Shown piece by piece: positions 17,760 to 27,650 of a DNA stretch of 64,000 nt (position 1 is its first letter; the number at the start of each line of letters is the position of its first letter). A model generated the notes under the pieces. That model was not told the origin of the DNA and made no database searches. It saw nothing but the letters and a program-made list of their open reading frames with translations. The translations under genes and the position numbers were made by a program. The DNA is from an uncultured virus (IMG/VR IMGVR_UViG_3300023105_000006). Taxonomy: Duplodnaviria; Heunggongvirae; Uroviricota; Caudoviricetes. The stretch is taken from the IMG/VR virus record IMGVR_UViG_3300023105_000006; one strand, written 5' to 3'.

Positions 17760-18811
17760 GCTTCTACTACAATTTCATCCATATCAACCAAAGACTGGTG
17801 ACCAATAGAATACTGCTTCTTAATAAAATCCTTAAAGTCAGTGTTATCAAAGATAGGATCCCAGAATTCTTTCTCTAGAGTTTGATCATACCTAACCTTG
17901 CCACCGATCTCACCAGTCTCCATATCGACCGTTGCATACCAGCCATTGGAAGGTTTAACAACGTACCCACCAGCAAGAGCCACGTCAAGCAGGCCAGAAT
18001 AACTGCGAACACCACCGTCCCAGGAAACAGTAATAGGAATCTTAGACTTCTCTTTAACATATCTGCTCTTCTCAACATTAATAACAAAGTGATAACCTTG
18101 AACCTCCGTACCTTTCTTATCTTGTTGTCTACCTAAGATCCAAATGTTATCTGCGGAATAATAAATGCCTGTACCACCTGATACAACGGCCTTAGGAAAC
18201 AATCCAATCTCTTGATAAGTATGATTAACCGCAAGCATTGGAATATTCTTCATAGTAAGATATGGTGTGCACATGCGGAATAAACCCTTAAGAGCTTTAG
18301 CACGTGACATGTCTGCCACTGACTTTTCATTGATAGCATCTTCTAATTCTTTTTTGGATGCTAGGTTACCAATAGAGTCAATAACTACAATTACATCATC
18401 CTTACGATCAATTTCTTCTAATTGATTAATAAGATCAAATTTTAATTCTTCTACGTTAGCTACAGGCGTATGTAATACCCTAGCAGGATCAATACCAAAT
18501 TGTTGAAAGTATGATTGTGGTGAACCAAACTCAGAATCATAAAATAAAATAATAGCATCTTTCTTTGCATTGAGATATGCAGAGGCCATAAGTAAAGCAA
18601 AGGATGTCTTAAAGTGTTTAGAAGGCCCTGCCAATACCGTAAGACCAGGTGATACTCCACCATCAACAGATCCTGATAATGCTACGTTGACCATTGGCAC
18701 ATCTGTAGCCACCATATCTTTTTCATTAAAAAATTTAGAATCAGCTAAAACCTCAGTTGTCTTGATCTTACTGTTCTTCTTTAGTTTGTCCATAATTGAC
18801 ATGTTGTTCAA
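17756..18811 (-). CDS. uvsX: RecA-like recombinase
   Basis: AGPSKHFKT, YDSEFG, DSIGNLAS, ADMSRAK, SGGTGIYYS. Confidence 0.95.
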   Translation of the reverse strand: MNNMSIMDKLKKNSKIKTTEVLADSKFFNEKDMVATDVPMVNVALSGSVDGGVSPGLTVLAGPSKHFKTSFALLMASAYLNAKKDAIILFYDSEFGSPQSYFQQFGIDPARVLHTPVANVEELKFDLINQLEEIDRKDDVIVVIDSIGNLASKKELEDAINEKSVADMSRAKALKGLFRMCTPYLTMKNIPMLAVNHTYQEIGLFPKAVVSGGTGIYYSADNIWILGRQQDKKGTEVQGYHFVINVEKSRYVKEKSKIPITVSWDGGVRSYSGLLDVALAGGYVVKPSNGWYATVDMETGEIGGKVRYDQTLEKEFWDPIFDNTDFKDFIKKQYSIGHQSLVDMDEIVVEA

Positions 18812-19640
18812 TCTCTCTTGTATCTAGTTCGTAATTGCTTCTATATTCATTATTAATTTTAATAACTTTTTCTAGCAATGGCAACCGGTTACTGAACTTA
18901 GTAAACGCGGAAGTATCTTTAGGAAAACAAGCTCCACCGAAACCTTGTTTACCATCAAATCCTGGTACTGAGGTGTGGCCTTTTCCAATTCTCTTATCAA
19001 ATGAAATACCTTTAAGAACTGAGGACCAATTAACATTGCCATCATAATCATTAACAGCATCGTAAAGATTATTAAAGAATGTAACCTTGGTTGCAAGAAA
19101 AGTATTAATAGCATATTTAATAAAGCTGGCTTCTTGCATAGTGCAATGGAGAAATGGTGCATCATTCATAATACTGTATTCACTATAAAGATATTGCACG
19201 GTCTGTGTTGCGGTTACCCTCCCACCCAGTAAATGAAATTCGGGATTAACAAACTGTTCATTAGCATTTTTTTCTGTGAGGAATTCAGGATTATAAACAA
19301 AGTTGCTGTATAAAGAATCAGTCTCCAATTTTTTTAACCAATCAGGTGTCACCGTAGATTTGATAACCACAGGACATGCAATAGGCCCATCACTTACAAT
19401 TCTGTTTACTATCTTATCTAATATACTTGTATCTACACTTCCATCGTCTGCCATAGAAGTTGGTACACATACAAATATCATATTATAATCTAATAGATCT
19501 TTTGGATAAAATATATCATAATGAATAGGATGTGTATGACCATATTTTGGGTCAATGATCATTTTCTCAACCTTAGGATGTGTAAATCCATAATCAACAG
19601 CCTGGCCCACAAAGCCATGGCCAATAATCATTATCTTCAT
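18768..19640 (-). CDS. UDP-glucose/GDP-mannose dehydrogenase family
   Basis: GHGFVG, FVCVPT, IKSTV, YNPEFL, GFGGACFPKD. Confidence 0.9.
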   Translation of the reverse strand: MKIMIIGHGFVGQAVDYGFTHPKVEKMIIDPKYGHTHPIHYDIFYPKDLLDYNMIFVCVPTSMADDGSVDTSILDKIVNRIVSDGPIACPVVIKSTVTPDWLKKLETDSLYSNFVYNPEFLTEKNANEQFVNPEFHLLGGRVTATQTVQYLYSEYSIMNDAPFLHCTMQEASFIKYAINTFLATKVTFFNNLYDAVNDYDGNVNWSSVLKGISFDKRIGKGHTSVPGFDGKQGFGGACFPKDTSAFTKFSNRLPLLEKVIKINNEYRSNYELDTREIEQHVNYGQTKEEQ

Positions 19641-20098
19641 TCCAATCCTCCGATATCCTTCTTTAATTCTATACCATGTACACGATTACGCAAGTCACTT
19701 GTAGAGAATCTATGATCTCTTTTATTATAGTATATTTCTATACCTCTAGCAGAACAAATGGCTCTGCCCGTAAATTTACCATGTTTGTATTCTTCACCAA
19801 TAATTCTAACATTAATATTAAATAATTGCAAGATGTCTTCTACATCATTTTCAGTCTGATATGGAATAATCTCATCAACGTATTTGACACCTTGTAGTTG
19901 TGTCCAACGTTCTACTAATGTTTGTACAGGTTTATTCTTTTCTGGTCTATCAATTGATGGATCAACCTGAATACAACATATTAGATGATCACATACTGTT
20001 TTGGCTTCTCTAAGCATTGATACATGACCGGCATGTAATAAATCAAAGGTGCTAAATGTTATTCCAACGATCTTAGAAGTTTCCATGTATGTCGCCAA
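19637..20098 (-). CDS. Glycerol-3-phosphate cytidylyltransferase-like (TagD family)
   Basis: TFSTFDLLHAGH, KYVDEIIPY, RFSTSDLR. Confidence 0.85.
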   Translation of the reverse strand: MATYMETSKIVGITFSTFDLLHAGHVSMLREAKTVCDHLICCIQVDPSIDRPEKNKPVQTLVERWTQLQGVKYVDEIIPYQTENDVEDILQLFNINVRIIGEEYKHGKFTGRAICSARGIEIYYNKRDHRFSTSDLRNRVHGIELKKDIGGLE

Positions 20099-20769
20099 TC
20101 ACTTACTGTAAATGTTTTGTTCTTTCCTAAACGATCACTGACTGCTAATGCAATCTCATGATCATTACCACCCAATAATGTTTTATCACCAAAGAAATAT
20201 ATAGTATCCGTATAATTAAAATCATTTAGAATTATAGACTTATTATTACCTTTATATGATATATCAATTCCGGTCTCGCCTGCAACCTTAAATTCATATT
20301 CAGGATGTTTTTCTGTAAGTCTTTTGGCTATATCATAACGTTCATTCTTATGTTCGTCCCATTGCCGATACATAGATCTAAGCTCTAGGTCTATACCTCT
20401 ACCTGGAATACTAAAATTAGCTAGGCCTACTCGCTCATCAATATGCTTTCCATTCTTTTGATAAAATTTACTATTAGATACTTCTTCGTTTAGATCTTTA
20501 TAAAGCTGATCTGTTAATTTAAATTCAGTAGACCTAATATGGTTGTCTTGTTCCCACACATCATTCCCAGAACATTGATATGCTCGCTTGCATCTATAAT
20601 AAATGTCATGTGTCAGTTGTTCTAATGTTTTTTCTCTATCCGAACCAGTAACAACATAAACATCATTATATTGGCAAAATGTTCTAAACCAAAATTTAAA
20701 TTCAGTATCTATACGTTGACGAGATGGGGTGAGTGTACCATCAACATCAAAAATATATTGTATCTTCAT
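20059..20769 (-). CDS. HAD-family phosphomannomutase (PMM-type)
   Basis: FDVDGTLTPSR, VTGSD, NFSIPGR, FFGDKTLLGGNDHEI. Confidence 0.85.
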   Translation of the reverse strand: MKIQYIFDVDGTLTPSRQRIDTEFKFWFRTFCQYNDVYVVTGSDREKTLEQLTHDIYYRCKRAYQCSGNDVWEQDNHIRSTEFKLTDQLYKDLNEEVSNSKFYQKNGKHIDERVGLANFSIPGRGIDLELRSMYRQWDEHKNERYDIAKRLTEKHPEYEFKVAGETGIDISYKGNNKSIILNDFNYTDTIYFFGDKTLLGGNDHEIALAVSDRLGKNKTFTVSDWRHTWKLLRSLE

Positions 20770-20770
20770 T

Positions 20771-21199
20771 TTATTTTTCTATACTTATTGACATAGAAAC
20801 TGGACTAGTAGCACTATCTAATTGACCTAAGCCAAATTCATATTCCGTATATTCATCATCCATATAACCTACTGTCTCTCTTACAATGTCATGGTGATTA
20901 AACTCTGCCCAATATAATTCATAAGCAACACCAGACTCTAGACATTCAAACTGATGATATAGTCCTGGCTTTACCTTATGATATTCACCGGCACTAAGAC
21001 GAGTAATATCACAAAGATCATAATCTTGTTGCCATGTACGAATAAGCATCTTACCCGACTCTACATAAAACCCATTCCATTTATAGCGATGCAAATGCTT
21101 CGAACACACACCACCTTCTTCCATTTCAATACGATGAAACTCTAATGCACCGTTTGCCTCAATCAGCTCTGTAGTGCCCCATACTTTTCCAGCTTTCAT
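20771..21199 (-). CDS. Cupin-fold sugar isomerase-like protein
   Basis: KVWG, CSKHLHRYKWNGFYV, PGLYHQF. Confidence 0.75.
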   Translation of the reverse strand: MKAGKVWGTTELIEANGALEFHRIEMEEGGVCSKHLHRYKWNGFYVESGKMLIRTWQQDYDLCDITRLSAGEYHKVKPGLYHQFECLESGVAYELYWAEFNHHDIVRETVGYMDDEYTEYEFGLGQLDSATSPVSMSISIEK

Positions 21200-21354
21200 A
21201 GTTTATTATCCTCAGTTAGTTTGGCAATACGTTTAAGAGCGTTCTGCAATTGCTCTTGTAACTCTTTTACATTACGTTGAAGAATATCAATTGTATTGGC
21301 CTGCGACACAATAATTTTACGATTCTTTTCGGCTTCCATCTCGTCTGGTAACAT
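21196..21354 (-). CDS. Small coiled-coil protein, 52 aa (not in ORF track)
   Basis: MLPDEMEAEKNRKIIVSQANTIDILQRNVKELQEQLQNALKRIAKLTEDNKL*; coupled at both ends. Confidence 0.65.
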   Translation of the reverse strand: MLPDEMEAEKNRKIIVSQANTIDILQRNVKELQEQLQNALKRIAKLTEDNKL

Positions 21355-22319
21355 TAACCTATTACTCCGTTCTTATAGGCATATTCTAATGCATTGTTGG
21401 CTTCTAGATCCATTGGTCTATTCTCATACCAATTACCTGTCTCTCTATCAAACTCTCTACACAATTCTACTATCTGTGTAGCATTAATAGGATATCCCTT
21501 CTCTACAGCCCTACCGGCAACTGCAATCATTATCTTATACATCTGACGATACCAACCTGTAGATGATATAGTAAGATATTCTGTTGCCAAAGATTTGGGC
21601 CAGAACGGACAATCTCTATATCCGGTCCAAGTAAAGTCAGTGTTATCTAGCTTGCCTTTTCTATACTCAACAATTTGTTCTCGCCATGCTGGAGGTAGTC
21701 TATCCATAAAGTCCTTGGCATCTCTCTTATCATCATATGGCCATCGTGCTAGTATGTAATCGATGTCCATAGGCTCAGCGCGGTTAACGAAGAAAAAATT
21801 ATAAGCATCAGCATAGCTTGCAGGAATATAGTACATCCGAGCAAGATCCTTAGTCTGTTTATCTCCGATGTCTTCGAGCTCGGTGTTAAGGGCATACCAG
21901 AAGTGTTTGATGCGATCTTGCGTAACCTGACCACTAAGTTGGAAAACCAAACGAAACTTAGGATGAGCAGGGGTAGAGCTAGCAGTAGAGTAACAAATAT
22001 AGGTCCAATGACCAAAACGGTTACGAAGCTCATTTTCTATGTCTCCAGTAATTTCAATGTCATCAACATCAACAGCAGCCCAACCAGCCCAAGCAATGAC
22101 ATTGTCGTTCTTTCTAGTAGAATCAGGTTTAAATATAGCCGGCGAAATAAGTGCAGCATCTTGTTTATCATTTAGTGGCCTCTCACTAAGTTTATAGAAA
22201 AAGTTTTGTAACTTATCCCAAGAGTCAAAGTTCAGACGACGATGCGTCTTGTTATCATATACAAAGCGTTGTTGCTTCTCCCACCACCTAGGTGATTCAA
22301 ATATAGTCAAAGAATACAT
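21354..22319 (-). CDS. AEP/PrimPol-like DNA primase
   Basis: AAVDVDD, YSTASS, PKFRLVF, DLARMYY plus helical C-terminal domain; coupled to the polymerase. Confidence 0.6.
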   Translation of the reverse strand: MYSLTIFESPRWWEKQQRFVYDNKTHRRLNFDSWDKLQNFFYKLSERPLNDKQDAALISPAIFKPDSTRKNDNVIAWAGWAAVDVDDIEITGDIENELRNRFGHWTYICYSTASSTPAHPKFRLVFQLSGQVTQDRIKHFWYALNTELEDIGDKQTKDLARMYYIPASYADAYNFFFVNRAEPMDIDYILARWPYDDKRDAKDFMDRLPPAWREQIVEYRKGKLDNTDFTWTGYRDCPFWPKSLATEYLTISSTGWYRQMYKIMIAVAGRAVEKGYPINATQIVELCREFDRETGNWYENRPMDLEANNALEYAYKNGVIG

Positions 22320-24970
22320 TATCCAAAAAAGTCCTCTAGCGTTGCTCTAGGTTCAACATCCCAACCGACAGCGTCAAGTAAGTGTTGGATAGGATCAACA
22401 AAAGATTTATCATACATCTTATTATAATCTACAAATCGATGTACGTCAAGCTCTTTTGGTAAAACCGCAGGAAATGCAATAACATTTTCTTTAATAGTGT
22501 TTGGCATCTTTAGATAACAGAACTTAATCTTCTCACCATTATTAATCATCTCATACTTCTGTTCTAGACCCATACGTTTTATATGATGATTGTAGAGAAG
22601 AGATCCTCGTACGTGTATGGGACACGCTTTTAAATATATATCGCGATTGTCTGACCATTTGTCTAGACCCTTACAACCTCGAGGAAAGGATATCTCCTCT
22701 GGTCTCAGAGCCTTAAACTCTTTTCGGAATTCCGCAATAAAGTTTTGTGTGGCCTGTTCGCCTTCTTCTAGAATAATCTTAAAGATCTTTTTAAACTTGT
22801 CTCGGCACACCTGAGGAGTAGATGATCGTACTGCATCAACACCCATCATCTTAATCTTAGGTTCTTTATAACGAACACCTTCATTATCCCAAACATTAAG
22901 GATGTATCTCTTTTTTGCAATCCATACACCACGATCAGCTATAACTTCACGAGACATCTCCATACGATTCTCTTTAGAGTTTAAAACCTTAAATAGACTA
23001 TTATATGCATTCTCTAAGATAGGTTCTATCTTCTCTTGTGCTATAATATTTAAAAAATCTATTGGCTTCTTGGGATTAAACTTTTCTACCAATGAACTCA
23101 TATTAACATAGAGAGAATCAGTATCAATAGCTATTACGTAGTCTTTACCCAATGTATCTAATGTAGAGTTAAGATATTCATTAATAGACTTTTCGGCCCA
23201 ACGAATAGCCAGCTGGCCAGTCAATGTAATCGATTCAGCAATACGATGATCAAAGTATCTAAAATAGTTATTAGCATAGGCACCATATAAAGAGTTCATA
23301 AGAATCTTAATGGCCATCTGCTGGTTTGTTAAGTCAGCAATCTGTGCTTTGATGGCTCCAATCCGACCATCCCAAGACCTACGAGTACCGTACAATTTTA
23401 ATTGTTTTAATACAAATTCGGATGCCTTGGTTGCATCACCTACCACTCCACCACTGTCTTTAGACAATCTGGTTTGATGTTCTCTTAAAGCAATCGCAGA
23501 ATCATAATCACCCATATCCTCTAAATCTTGGGATACCCGTAACATTTTATTTTTAATAACACGGCGTTCATCATAATACTGTTTAATGACACTTGGAATA
23601 ATACCATCAACGTCTTTTCTAAATCTCATACCAGTAGCAGAGATAGCAACGTCTTCTTTAGGATCGGGTATATGACCGTTAAGAACATTATCAACTGACA
23701 TACCAAACTCAATACCTGGTATAATTGTTTCAGGTGACATATTATTCTGAACAATAATATTTGGATATAGAGAATTAAGGTCAAAGGATACAACCCAATC
23801 GTGCATACCCTTTTGAGGTTCTTTTACATAAGCACCTTCATATTCTCTTTTAGTTTGAGGTCTTTTAGGAGGTATGGCTATCTGTTGTACTAATAGAATA
23901 CGATAAATGATAGCATCCCAAATCTGCACAGTACCAAAGGTCTCAGCATAATTAACACCACCTCTATAGGCCATGGTCATGGCAAGGTTAATAAGGTTTA
24001 ATCTTTTGTCTAGCTTCTCAATTAATTGAACATCTTTTAGGTTATAGTCAACATACTTCTGGTAATCATACTTGTAGAGACTATTAAGGTTACCATATTC
24101 TTCATAATCTAATTTACGTTCATCTAATACAACATGTGCGATATGATCTAACTTATATGACTCTTGTGCACCATACTGAAATCCAAACTTACGAAATAAT
24201 TCTAGATAGTCTAATTGTTGAATACCGGCAAAGTCATAGAAGAGATGAGGTCGACCAGCAATGTTTATTGTTCGGTCTTCGACCAATCCCCACGGAGAAA
24301 GCTTTCTGTAGACATCTCCTCCGATGACGTTCCGTATACGATTAACCAGATAAGGAAGATCAAAGCCCCTAGTATTCCAGCCGGTGACAATGTCCGGAGA
24401 CCACCTAGGATCCGACCAATAAGATAACCAATCCAATAGCAGTTCAACTTCATCCTTACATTTTTTATAATGGATGTGCTCAATACCTTCAACTTCACAT
24501 TTGTCTTCATCGTAGTCGTATAGCCCCCACACCCAATAGGTGTCTGATTGATTATTCTTCATTGATATGGTAGTTACTGGATGAGCAGCTGATTCTGGAA
24601 ATGGAAAGCCCTCATCAGAAGCAACCTCGATATCAATATATGTTATATTTACCTTATCCTGATCAAACTTTACTTCTTTGTCAGGTCTAAATTTATCTGC
24701 AATGAATTGTGTGATATAATTGGTTGTACCATAGATAGTCATACCATCTACTTCACCATATGTTTTCATATAGTTTGTTGCATCACGCATTGAGTCAAAG
24801 CATTTGGGGAGAACAGGATCGCCCTGTAGGTTATACCAACCAGTCTCATGTGTAGAGTTTACATATAATGTTGGCATGTAGGGAATCTTCTTAGCAACCT
24901 TTTGGCCGTCTTCGATTCCACGATATAGTATGTTATTGCCATAACGATTTACGCTAGTGTAAAAGTTCAT
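22319..24970 (-). CDS. gp43: Family B DNA polymerase, T4 gp43
   Basis: Exo [32 protein letters not shown]-terminal clamp-binding LEDFFG. Confidence 0.97.
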   Translation of the reverse strand: MNFYTSVNRYGNNILYRGIEDGQKVAKKIPYMPTLYVNSTHETGWYNLQGDPVLPKCFDSMRDATNYMKTYGEVDGMTIYGTTNYITQFIADKFRPDKEVKFDQDKVNITYIDIEVASDEGFPFPESAAHPVTTISMKNNQSDTYWVWGLYDYDEDKCEVEGIEHIHYKKCKDEVELLLDWLSYWSDPRWSPDIVTGWNTRGFDLPYLVNRIRNVIGGDVYRKLSPWGLVEDRTINIAGRPHLFYDFAGIQQLDYLELFRKFGFQYGAQESYKLDHIAHVVLDERKLDYEEYGNLNSLYKYDYQKYVDYNLKDVQLIEKLDKRLNLINLAMTMAYRGGVNYAETFGTVQIWDAIIYRILLVQQIAIPPKRPQTKREYEGAYVKEPQKGMHDWVVSFDLNSLYPNIIVQNNMSPETIIPGIEFGMSVDNVLNGHIPDPKEDVAISATGMRFRKDVDGIIPSVIKQYYDERRVIKNKMLRVSQDLEDMGDYDSAIALREHQTRLSKDSGGVVGDATKASEFVLKQLKLYGTRRSWDGRIGAIKAQIADLTNQQMAIKILMNSLYGAYANNYFRYFDHRIAESITLTGQLAIRWAEKSINEYLNSTLDTLGKDYVIAIDTDSLYVNMSSLVEKFNPKKPIDFLNIIAQEKIEPILENAYNSLFKVLNSKENRMEMSREVIADRGVWIAKKRYILNVWDNEGVRYKEPKIKMMGVDAVRSSTPQVCRDKFKKIFKIILEEGEQATQNFIAEFRKEFKALRPEEISFPRGCKGLDKWSDNRDIYLKACPIHVRGSLLYNHHIKRMGLEQKYEMINNGEKIKFCYLKMPNTIKENVIAFPAVLPKELDVHRFVDYNKMYDKSFVDPIQHLLDAVGWDVEPRATLEDFFG

Positions 24971-25014
24971 AATACCTCCGAACTTACATTAAGCTTTTAT
25001 TATATTATAAAATA

Positions 25015-25037
25015 AAAAAAGGGGCAACGCCCCTTTT
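25015..25037 (-). terminator. Rho-independent terminator
   Basis: AAAAGGGGCGTTGCCCCTTTTTTT. Confidence 0.7.
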
Positions 25038-25329
25038 AAACTATTAATTTCTTCTTAGCATCAGGTGGTGTCATTAACTTGCTATGCATACGTTCAAACT
25101 CATTTTTTATTTCTTGAGTTGGATCCATAACAGCAATCAAACCATGCTTATAGAATTTAATATCATCTTCTGGATCAATAAGAGGTGAAAAGATTGTTAA
25201 GCCTATTTGATCATGACTAACCATTCTGAGTGCGGAAGGTTTACGGACAGTAAAATCCGCATCTGTTTCTTCTACAACCTCTGCTACTACTTCAAGACCA
25301 TCAAATAATTTTAAAACCTTTATCGACAT
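25036..25329 (-). CDS. Hypothetical protein (Sm-like fold candidate)
   Basis: IKVLKLFDGLEVVAEV pattern. Confidence 0.6.
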   Translation of the reverse strand: MSIKVLKLFDGLEVVAEVVEETDADFTVRKPSALRMVSHDQIGLTIFSPLIDPEDDIKFYKHGLIAVMDPTQEIKNEFERMHSKLMTPPDAKKKLIV

Positions 25330-25562
25330 TATTTCTCCTTATCTGTAACAAATTCATAAAGTTTGTCAGCTTGAGTTTTAATCTCATCGGGAGTGATAGC
25401 TTTGGGAATATATTTCTTATATGCTTCTAATGCTTCTTCAGCATTGTCTTTAAACATTTCCATGGCTTTATAAGCAACTTCCATTTGCATGTCATATTGC
25501 TTATCTAGCATGTCTTTTGCCATGTTTAATACATCATAGCGGATTTGATATGGGTTCGACAT
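25329..25562 (-). CDS. Hypothetical protein
   Basis: MSNPYQIRYDVLNMAKDML...LYEFV; CA-rich leader with AGGAG. Confidence 0.75.
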   Translation of the reverse strand: MSNPYQIRYDVLNMAKDMLDKQYDMQMEVAYKAMEMFKDNAEEALEAYKKYIPKAITPDEIKTQADKLYEFVTDKEK

Positions 25563-25628
25563 TTTATGTCTCCTGTGTGTTGTGTGTGATCTAAGGGGCC
25601 CGTAGGCCCCTCTGCTAAGACTCTTCTA

Positions 25629-25808
25629 CTAGCTTTTCAGCTTTGCGATTTGCATCATACATTCTTTAGCTTCTTTATGATAGCCAAGAGATGCAAGATG
25701 TACAGCCGCTCTGCTATACCCAACAACCTCACACCAGGTTTGAAACCCAGCCCAAAGTTTTTGAGCAAATGAACGATGATCGATAGTAACTGTTTCTGTA
25801 TAAAACAT
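25629..25808 (-). CDS. Small protein, 59 aa (not in ORF track)
   Basis: MFYTETVTIDHRSFAQKLWAGFQTWCEVVGYSRAAVHLASLGYHKEAKECMMQIAKLKS*; TAATG coupling to DUF1127. Confidence 0.7.
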   Translation of the reverse strand: MFYTETVTIDHRSFAQKLWAGFQTWCEVVGYSRAAVHLASLGYHKEAKECMMQIAKLKS

Positions 25809-26032
25809 TAGACAAATCCTTTTAGGTTAGGATTAAAAGGTGAGATAAGATGTGATTTTTTCATATCAATATCTTGTCTGGCGATAGAATAAATATCACC
25901 CCTTGCAATACCAATATCGTTCAATTCTTGATCAGTTAGCTTACGCAATTCGTTTTCAGTTTGACGAACGGCTTTGGCCATCTGATAGTCGTTAATCAGC
26001 TTCTTGAAGAAGCTCTTTAGTGTCTGTGTCAT
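25808..26032 (-). CDS. DUF1127 (YjiS-like) protein
   Basis: ELRKLTDQELNDIGIARGDI signature. Confidence 0.85.
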   Translation of the reverse strand: MTQTLKSFFKKLINDYQMAKAVRQTENELRKLTDQELNDIGIARGDIYSIARQDIDMKKSHLISPFNPNLKGFV

Positions 26033-26456
26033 TTGTTAATTCCTCGTAATGACCGATTTCGATTTTACGAGGACGCAGTTCTTCTGGAACTTCATATTTC
26101 AGTTCTACTGACAATACTCCGTCTACTAAGTCTGCTCCGTTTACTTTTACGTGTTCGGACAGCCTAAAGGTGCGTTTGAACTTCTTGGTGGAAATACCAC
26201 GGTGAATGTATTCGCGACCCTTACTTACATGTTCACCTCTAACAGTAAGTGTACGATCCTTAACTTCAATGTTAAGTTCGTCCTTACTAAATCCAGCCAC
26301 AGCCAATTCAATTAGGTAATCGTGATCACCTGTTCTAAGAATATTATGTGGGGGATAGTTATCTGATGAGTGTTTAGCTACATAGTCCAGTTCATTGAGT
26401 AGATGGTCAAAGCCAACAAAAGATGAACGTGGAAATAGTGATTGTACGCCTGTCAT
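25992..26456 (-). CDS. hsp20: Small heat-shock protein Hsp20 (IbpA-like)
   Basis: NYPPHNI, IELAVAGF, YIHRGIS..FKRTF, DGVLSV, PRKIEI. Confidence 0.95.
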   Translation of the reverse strand: MTGVQSLFPRSSFVGFDHLLNELDYVAKHSSDNYPPHNILRTGDHDYLIELAVAGFSKDELNIEVKDRTLTVRGEHVSKGREYIHRGISTKKFKRTFRLSEHVKVNGADLVDGVLSVELKYEVPEELRPRKIEIGHYEELTNDTDTKELLQEAD

Positions 26457-26512
26457 AGTTTTCTCCTTTTACAAGCAAGAATAAATGCAACCGGACCATC
26501 CGCATTGCAACA
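26457..26512 (-). promoter_or_regulatory. ROSE-like RNA thermometer in the hsp20 5' UTR
   Basis: TTCTTGCTT-GTAA-AAGGAGAA hairpin: UUGCU pairs with the AGGA SD with a bulged G; an extra hairpin lies upstream. Confidence 0.7.
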
Positions 26513-26513
26513 T

Positions 26514-26521
26514 TATTTATA
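26514..26521 (-). promoter_or_regulatory. T4-type late promoter TATAAATA
   Basis: Exact consensus upstream of the hsp20 UTR. Confidence 0.65.
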
Positions 26522-26577
26522 TTTAAATTATAATAGGATCTGGACCATTAGTCACGATTTATTTGAACTTCTGTTAT

Positions 26578-26988
26578 TCATTTTGTGCCAATGTTATATT
26601 TGGGACATAACTCCCACTCATCCTTTTCTTTAAACGGTAATATTTTAATCAATCTCAAAGGAGCACAATCTGCTGCTTTAGATGTGTCCTGTATTTCGAC
26701 CAATCCCCAATCACTCATTAGTGTAGCAATAGTATTGCGTCTTTGAATATCTGATTCTTCGAGATTAGCCTTTTTACCATCTAACATAAACAACTCTTTA
26801 AAGTGGACAATAAAGTAACGCCCTTGTTTATGTAAGATATGACATGATTGAAATAGTTTTTTATCTTTGCGAGATGCTACACCAATACGTGTTAGTGTCT
26901 CTCTTACCTTTAAAAAATCTTCTGGATCATTTAAAGTCACTTCCAACATCTCTGTTGGACTCCATTGAATTAAGTTAGCCTCTTCCAC
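26578..26988 (-). CDS. regA: Translational repressor
   Basis: DFLKVRETLTRIGVAS, QSCHILHKQGRYFIVHFKELF. Confidence 0.95.
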   Translation of the reverse strand: MEEANLIQWSPTEMLEVTLNDPEDFLKVRETLTRIGVASRKDKKLFQSCHILHKQGRYFIVHFKELFMLDGKKANLEESDIQRRNTIATLMSDWGLVEIQDTSKAADCAPLRLIKILPFKEKDEWELCPKYNIGTK

Positions 26989-27352
26989 CTTTACTCACCT
27001 TCTGTTTTATTATAGTTATTTGTTCAGGTGATAGGAGATGAAGTATTTGTTTGGCTTTCTCATTGCTATAGCCATAGTATTGTTTAATCACCTCAATATC
27101 ACTCTCAGTTTCTGGTTTCATCCATTTCGAAAATCGTTTACGCTTTCTGATGGTATTTATCAAAAAATGATATTGAAGTTTATTATCACAATGGTGGTAT
27201 TGATTCATGACATTGGCCAAGACCGCCGTGTCATTAAAGTAGCTTAATGATCTATTGACCATAAAACTATTATATGACTTCTCAGCCATATCATCAATCA
27301 TAATATCTTTTTTAGTATCATTGATACTAGTAACATAATTAAAAGGGTTCAT
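26975..27352 (-). CDS. gp62: Clamp loader small subunit
   Basis: YNSFMVNRSLS, QYHFLINTIRKRKRFSKW, YYGYSNEKA. Confidence 0.9.
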   Translation of the reverse strand: MNPFNYVTSINDTKKDIMIDDMAEKSYNSFMVNRSLSYFNDTAVLANVMNQYHHCDNKLQYHFLINTIRKRKRFSKWMKPETESDIEVIKQYYGYSNEKAKQILHLLSPEQITIIKQKVSKGGRG

Positions 27353-27642
27353 TAAATACCTTGCTCAACTCCACTATCCTGCCAAGCCCATCTATCAAGG
27401 CTCTCGGATATCAATTTATATAATTCTTCTGAGGTATAGTCTTGTGTATTCTTTTTATTAATATGATTATCATTAACATATAATTGAGGTACGGTTATAT
27501 GGCCCTGAGCTTTCATAAAAGCCAAAGCTTTAGGATCTTCTTGTATATTAATAACATAATACACATATCCTGTTTTGTCAAGCTTTGATTTCATTATTTC
27601 ACAATACGTACAACGTGGTTGTGTATAAAGTGTTATGGCCAT
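27352..27642 (-). CDS. Glutaredoxin (NrdH-like)
   Basis: CTYC active site, TVPQ cis-Pro motif. Confidence 0.85.
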   Translation of the reverse strand: MAITLYTQPRCTYCEIMKSKLDKTGYVYYVINIQEDPKALAFMKAQGHITVPQLYVNDNHINKKNTQDYTSEELYKLISESLDRWAWQDSGVEQGI

Positions 27643-27650
27643 AGTACCTC

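Noticed and set aside
16124..24970. Inteins or introns in gp41 and gp43
   Set aside because: Lengths are normal, frames are continuous and no intein terminal or LAGLIDADG motifs were seen.
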